Virus record (IMG/VR): IMGVR_UViG_3300028888_000049 | Direction: 5' to 3' (one strand) | DNA: 64,000 nucleotides | Source of the DNA: a virus | Lineage: Duplodnaviria > Caudoviricetes | The notes under the pieces: generated by a model | Seen by the model: the letters and a program-made list of their open reading frames with translations, nothing else | Told to the model about the DNA's origin: nothing | Database searches by the model: none | Made by a program: the position numbers and the translations under genes | Part shown: one piece after another, positions 61,198 to 64,000 of the stretch | Position numbering within the stretch: the stretch's first letter is position 1 | Layout: each line of letters begins with the position of its first letter

Positions 61198-61326
61198 AAT
61201 TATTTTTATCCTATTTCAGTTAATTAACTATAATATATGCATATATTTTTTGAATATAAAAATTATAAGTAATCTTTATATATTAGTTAGAACTTAAAAA
61301 GAGATATTTATGAGAATGTAAGGTAA

Positions 61327-62262
61327 TTATTCTATGCCATCTAATGGATCTGTACCGCTTGGAAAAAATATAGAATAGCTTAAGTTTAAGCCTATTTTCA
61401 TTGGTACGCCAAACATTAAATAACTTCTAGATACACAATCAGCTACATATTCTGGTTTAAAGTAATAATAACAGACTTCATGTACAGCTTGACCAAGATT
61501 ACATCTGCTTACAAGTTTAAAGTCTTCAAAACCTTCTTTAGCATATTCTTGAGCTTTTTCTGGTGAAACGTAATGATTTTGTAATCTTGAATGATATATG
61601 GGTGTATAATAATCTCCAAGAGGACATTGATATGTTAATTTTGATACACCAAATTTTTGTCCTTCTGCCATACATCTATGATGTCTATAAAATAGTTTAC
61701 AACCATCTTTACATTCTACATTTGCAACAATTTCAATTCTATTTCTATCATCTTTTGCTATATTATTTAAAATTTCTTTATTACCACCTTCAAATTGATC
61801 AAGAACAGATAAATCCCAACCATCCAAACTATAAGGTCTTCCATCTTCACAAGCAATACAAGAACGTTTTAATCTTAACTTAGGATAATTTTTTCTTAAG
61901 TAATCTCGTAATGATTCTAACGTAACTGTACAAGCAGTATCATATTTTTCAGCAACTTTAGCAATTTCATTACAATATTCGTCTTTAAAATCAGATTCTT
62001 CTAATACCATATTATTAAAAGTTAATTCTATAGGAAAACCGATTTTATTGTGATAAATTTCAAATTCTTGTTCTATTCTTTTTGTATTAGTTAGTTTATT
62101 AGGATTTTGTGGTCTTCCACCATTCCATAATTGTCCAGGAAAACAACCGTAAGCTGCAACTATTTCTGTATTTTCTCTTCTAAACTCTTGTGGTGCTCTA
62201 AGAGTATCTGCGTAAAAACGTTCAAATCCAAAAAAATTTGGACAATGTAGCTTAACTGTCAT
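61327..62262 (-). CDS. Peptidase U32-like (Fe-S TIM-barrel) protein
   Basis: YG....WNGGR, LTFNN, IEIVANVEC...C....H, CP, GFEDFKLVSR. Confidence 0.6.
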   Translation of the reverse strand: MTVKLHCPNFFGFERFYADTLRAPQEFRRENTEIVAAYGCFPGQLWNGGRPQNPNKLTNTKRIEQEFEIYHNKIGFPIELTFNNMVLEESDFKDEYCNEIAKVAEKYDTACTVTLESLRDYLRKNYPKLRLKRSCIACEDGRPYSLDGWDLSVLDQFEGGNKEILNNIAKDDRNRIEIVANVECKDGCKLFYRHHRCMAEGQKFGVSKLTYQCPLGDYYTPIYHSRLQNHYVSPEKAQEYAKEGFEDFKLVSRCNLGQAVHEVCYYYFKPEYVADCVSRSYLMFGVPMKIGLNLSYSIFFPSGTDPLDGIE

Positions 62263-62273
62263 TATATTCTCCT

Positions 62274-62915
62274 TTATGAAATTCTCTTTAAATAAAAACC
62301 ACCGTTAGTTCTTCCACCATCTTTTGCAGATTCACCAATACCCCAATTCATAGTAGAAGCACTTGCTGTAACAGGTGTACCAGGTGTATTCCAGTTACCC
62401 CAAGCCTGTGTTCCACCTTGTCCTTTCGTTCCATTTGAAGAAACAGTTTCAGATACTTTATATGTATCAAAAGCAGATTGCTTAGTTAATGTACCACCAT
62501 CACCACCTGTTGAAGCATTAGGAACATTTGAACCACCACCAGCAGTTAATACTGAAGTACCTCCTATAGAAACCGTTACACTTACAGCTTCTCCTGTACC
62601 AGTAGTCCAGGCTATATTAACAACTGATGTTATTCTAATAGTACCTTCCCAAACAGCTGCAGAACCTCCAGATGCGTATGAAATAGCCCAATATCCTAAT
62701 TCACCTTTACCTGTACCTCCAGCTCCAGAAACCTTCATTTCATATGTTCCGGGATATAATTGTGCAGATCCTGCTTCTTGTGTATTTGCAATAACAGTAT
62801 CTACTGGAATAGGATTATCTTCATATAAAAGTGTACTTCCTTTATAAATTTTACCAATTTTAGTGCTTCCGTGATAGATAGCTCCTAATTTTGTATTACC
62901 TTTATATAATGTCAT
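62274..62915 (-). CDS. Glycine-rich tail/receptor-binding protein
   Basis: YKG/YHG N-terminal repeats; PGTYEMKVSGAGG...SGGSAA. Confidence 0.65.
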   Translation of the reverse strand: MTLYKGNTKLGAIYHGSTKIGKIYKGSTLLYEDNPIPVDTVIANTQEAGSAQLYPGTYEMKVSGAGGTGKGELGYWAISYASGGSAAVWEGTIRITSVVNIAWTTGTGEAVSVTVSIGGTSVLTAGGGSNVPNASTGGDGGTLTKQSAFDTYKVSETVSSNGTKGQGGTQAWGNWNTPGTPVTASASTMNWGIGESAKDGGRTNGGFYLKRIS

Positions 62916-63101
62916 GTATTAAATCTCTGCTCTAATTATACCCTTTAATACCTACGTTTAATATTATTAAAATAAAATTGAATTGTTTTATAGATATATT
63001 GTAGTTCTAAATAATAACGATAACGAGATAACGTACCTTAATTACATTAGAAAATTAAGTCTTTTTAATGTAGGTATAAAAAGCAGAGAGTAATAATTCA
63101 G

Positions 63102-63755
63102 ATGTCTATATATAAAGGTTCTTCGCTTATAAGAGAAAGTGGATCATATGGTGTCTATCACGGCAGTACGGCAATTAAATCCATCTATAAAGGTTCTACT
63201 CTACTTTATAATTTTACAGCATACACTCCTGGACAAATTTTATTTGAAAATTCAGCTCCTGGTACCTATTCTCTTAAGATAGATTCTACTGTAAATCTTA
63301 GTGTAATTCTTGTTGGTGGTGGAGGTGGAGGAGCACACTCTGATTCATACGGACAATGGTCAAATAATCAAAATGGTGGCTCTGGAGGTATGATTACTGG
63401 TACAGCTACTATAAATGCTGGAACTTATACTATTGTAGTCGGAGGTGCTGGCGTTGGAAAGACTAGTAGTAGCGGTGGCGGTGGAGCTACAAGTCAAGGT
63501 ACAGCAGGTGGTGATAGTAGCTTTAATGGAAATATTGCAAAAGGTGGAGGAGGAGCATATACTCATACAGGATGGTTTGATAGTCAAGGAAGTGCTGGAG
63601 GAGGCGGTGGTACAACCGTAGTTACAGCAGGATTAACAGGAAGTAACGGTACTAATGGTAGTACGACTTCTAGATATGGATCGTATGGAGCAGGTGGTGG
63701 TTCTGCTGCAAATGGTCAAGTAGGATATGTAAAAATAACAGTATCAAGTGTTTAG
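63102..63755 (+). CDS. Glycine-rich tail/receptor-binding protein, divergent paralog of 62274
   Basis: MSIYKGS...YHGST.I..IYKGSTLLY; LVGGGGGG...GGSGG...YTIVVGGAG. Confidence 0.65.
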   Translation: MSIYKGSSLIRESGSYGVYHGSTAIKSIYKGSTLLYNFTAYTPGQILFENSAPGTYSLKIDSTVNLSVILVGGGGGGAHSDSYGQWSNNQNGGSGGMITGTATINAGTYTIVVGGAGVGKTSSSGGGGATSQGTAGGDSSFNGNIAKGGGGAYTHTGWFDSQGSAGGGGGTTVVTAGLTGSNGTNGSTTSRYGSYGAGGGSAANGQVGYVKITVSSV

Positions 63756-64000
63756 GCATAATAAGTTATAGTTATATAACCAACACCGTCTTGATAACCT
63801 TGTGTATGAACTACATTAGAGCATAATGTAGGGTTTGTGTAAGATGAGCCTCCACCTCCGCCAGCTCTTTTAGCATCTAAATATTGGTAGACAGCTCCAC
63901 CACCCCCACCATACCATCCTGCACCACCTGCACCTGAGTTTCCTGACTTACTTCTATATGTTCCGCCTAAACCAAAAATACCGTCATATCCCTTTGTACC
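63752..64000 (-). CDS. C-terminus of another glycine-rich protein (truncated by the window edge)
   Basis: ...GAGWYGGGGG...AGGGGGSSYTNPTLCSNVVHTQGYQDGVGYITITYYA*, homologous to the C-terminus of 37305..39038. Confidence 0.7.
   Translation of the reverse strand, partial: GTKGYDGIFGLGGTYRSKSGNSGAGGAGWYGGGGGAVYQYLDAKRAGGGGGSSYTNPTLCSNVVHTQGYQDGVGYITITYYA

Noticed and set aside
63030-63092. Twister ribozyme (AAAAAGCAGAG 3' end)
   Set aside because: The matching UAA-P2 5' strand and the conserved loop-4 AAGC are absent.
1-64000. Stop-codon reassignment (code 15/4) as in some gut jumbo phages
   Set aside because: Conserved genes are full length in code 11; TAG and TGA act as real stops and coding density is high.
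1-64000. CRISPR array, DGR/retron, inteins or group I introns
   Set aside because: No regularly spaced repeats, no reverse transcriptase, and no intein motifs or split conserved genes were seen; the endonucleases lie between complete genes.

Overview
This is a very AT-rich segment of a large T4-like/jumbo myovirus genome read in the standard genetic code. Genes run mostly on the - strand up to ~32.5 kb and mostly on the + strand after that. Virion genes: a tape-measure-like protein with a peptidase M15 domain (cut by the window edge), a tail chaperone with a probable frameshift extension, two tail-tube-like proteins, neck proteins, portal, large acidic probable internal head proteins and many tail/fibre and glycine-rich proteins. 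Non-virion genes: groES/groEL/clpP/glutaredoxin, sbcCD (gp46/47), gp32-like SSB, UvsY-like, sigma-like factor, DHFR, a GltD/PreT-like Fe-S flavoprotein and a U32-like protein. There are at least 7 free-standing endonucleases (3 GIY-YIG, 3 Vsr/PD-(D/E)xK-like, 1 HNH). The most notable non-coding signals are: (i) a phage promoter motif GTTCTA-N5-TR in front of most transcription units; (ii) a ~50-nt three-way-junction element present in two circularly permuted forms, each starting exactly at the predicted +1 and next to a Vsr-like endonuclease domain; (iii) a T4-gene-32-type pseudoknot ahead of the SSB gene; (iv) a +1/-2 frameshift on a U7 run in the tail chaperone; (v) a candidate sRNA with an anti-Shine-Dalgarno segment. 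All family assignments come from motif recognition by eye, without database searches.
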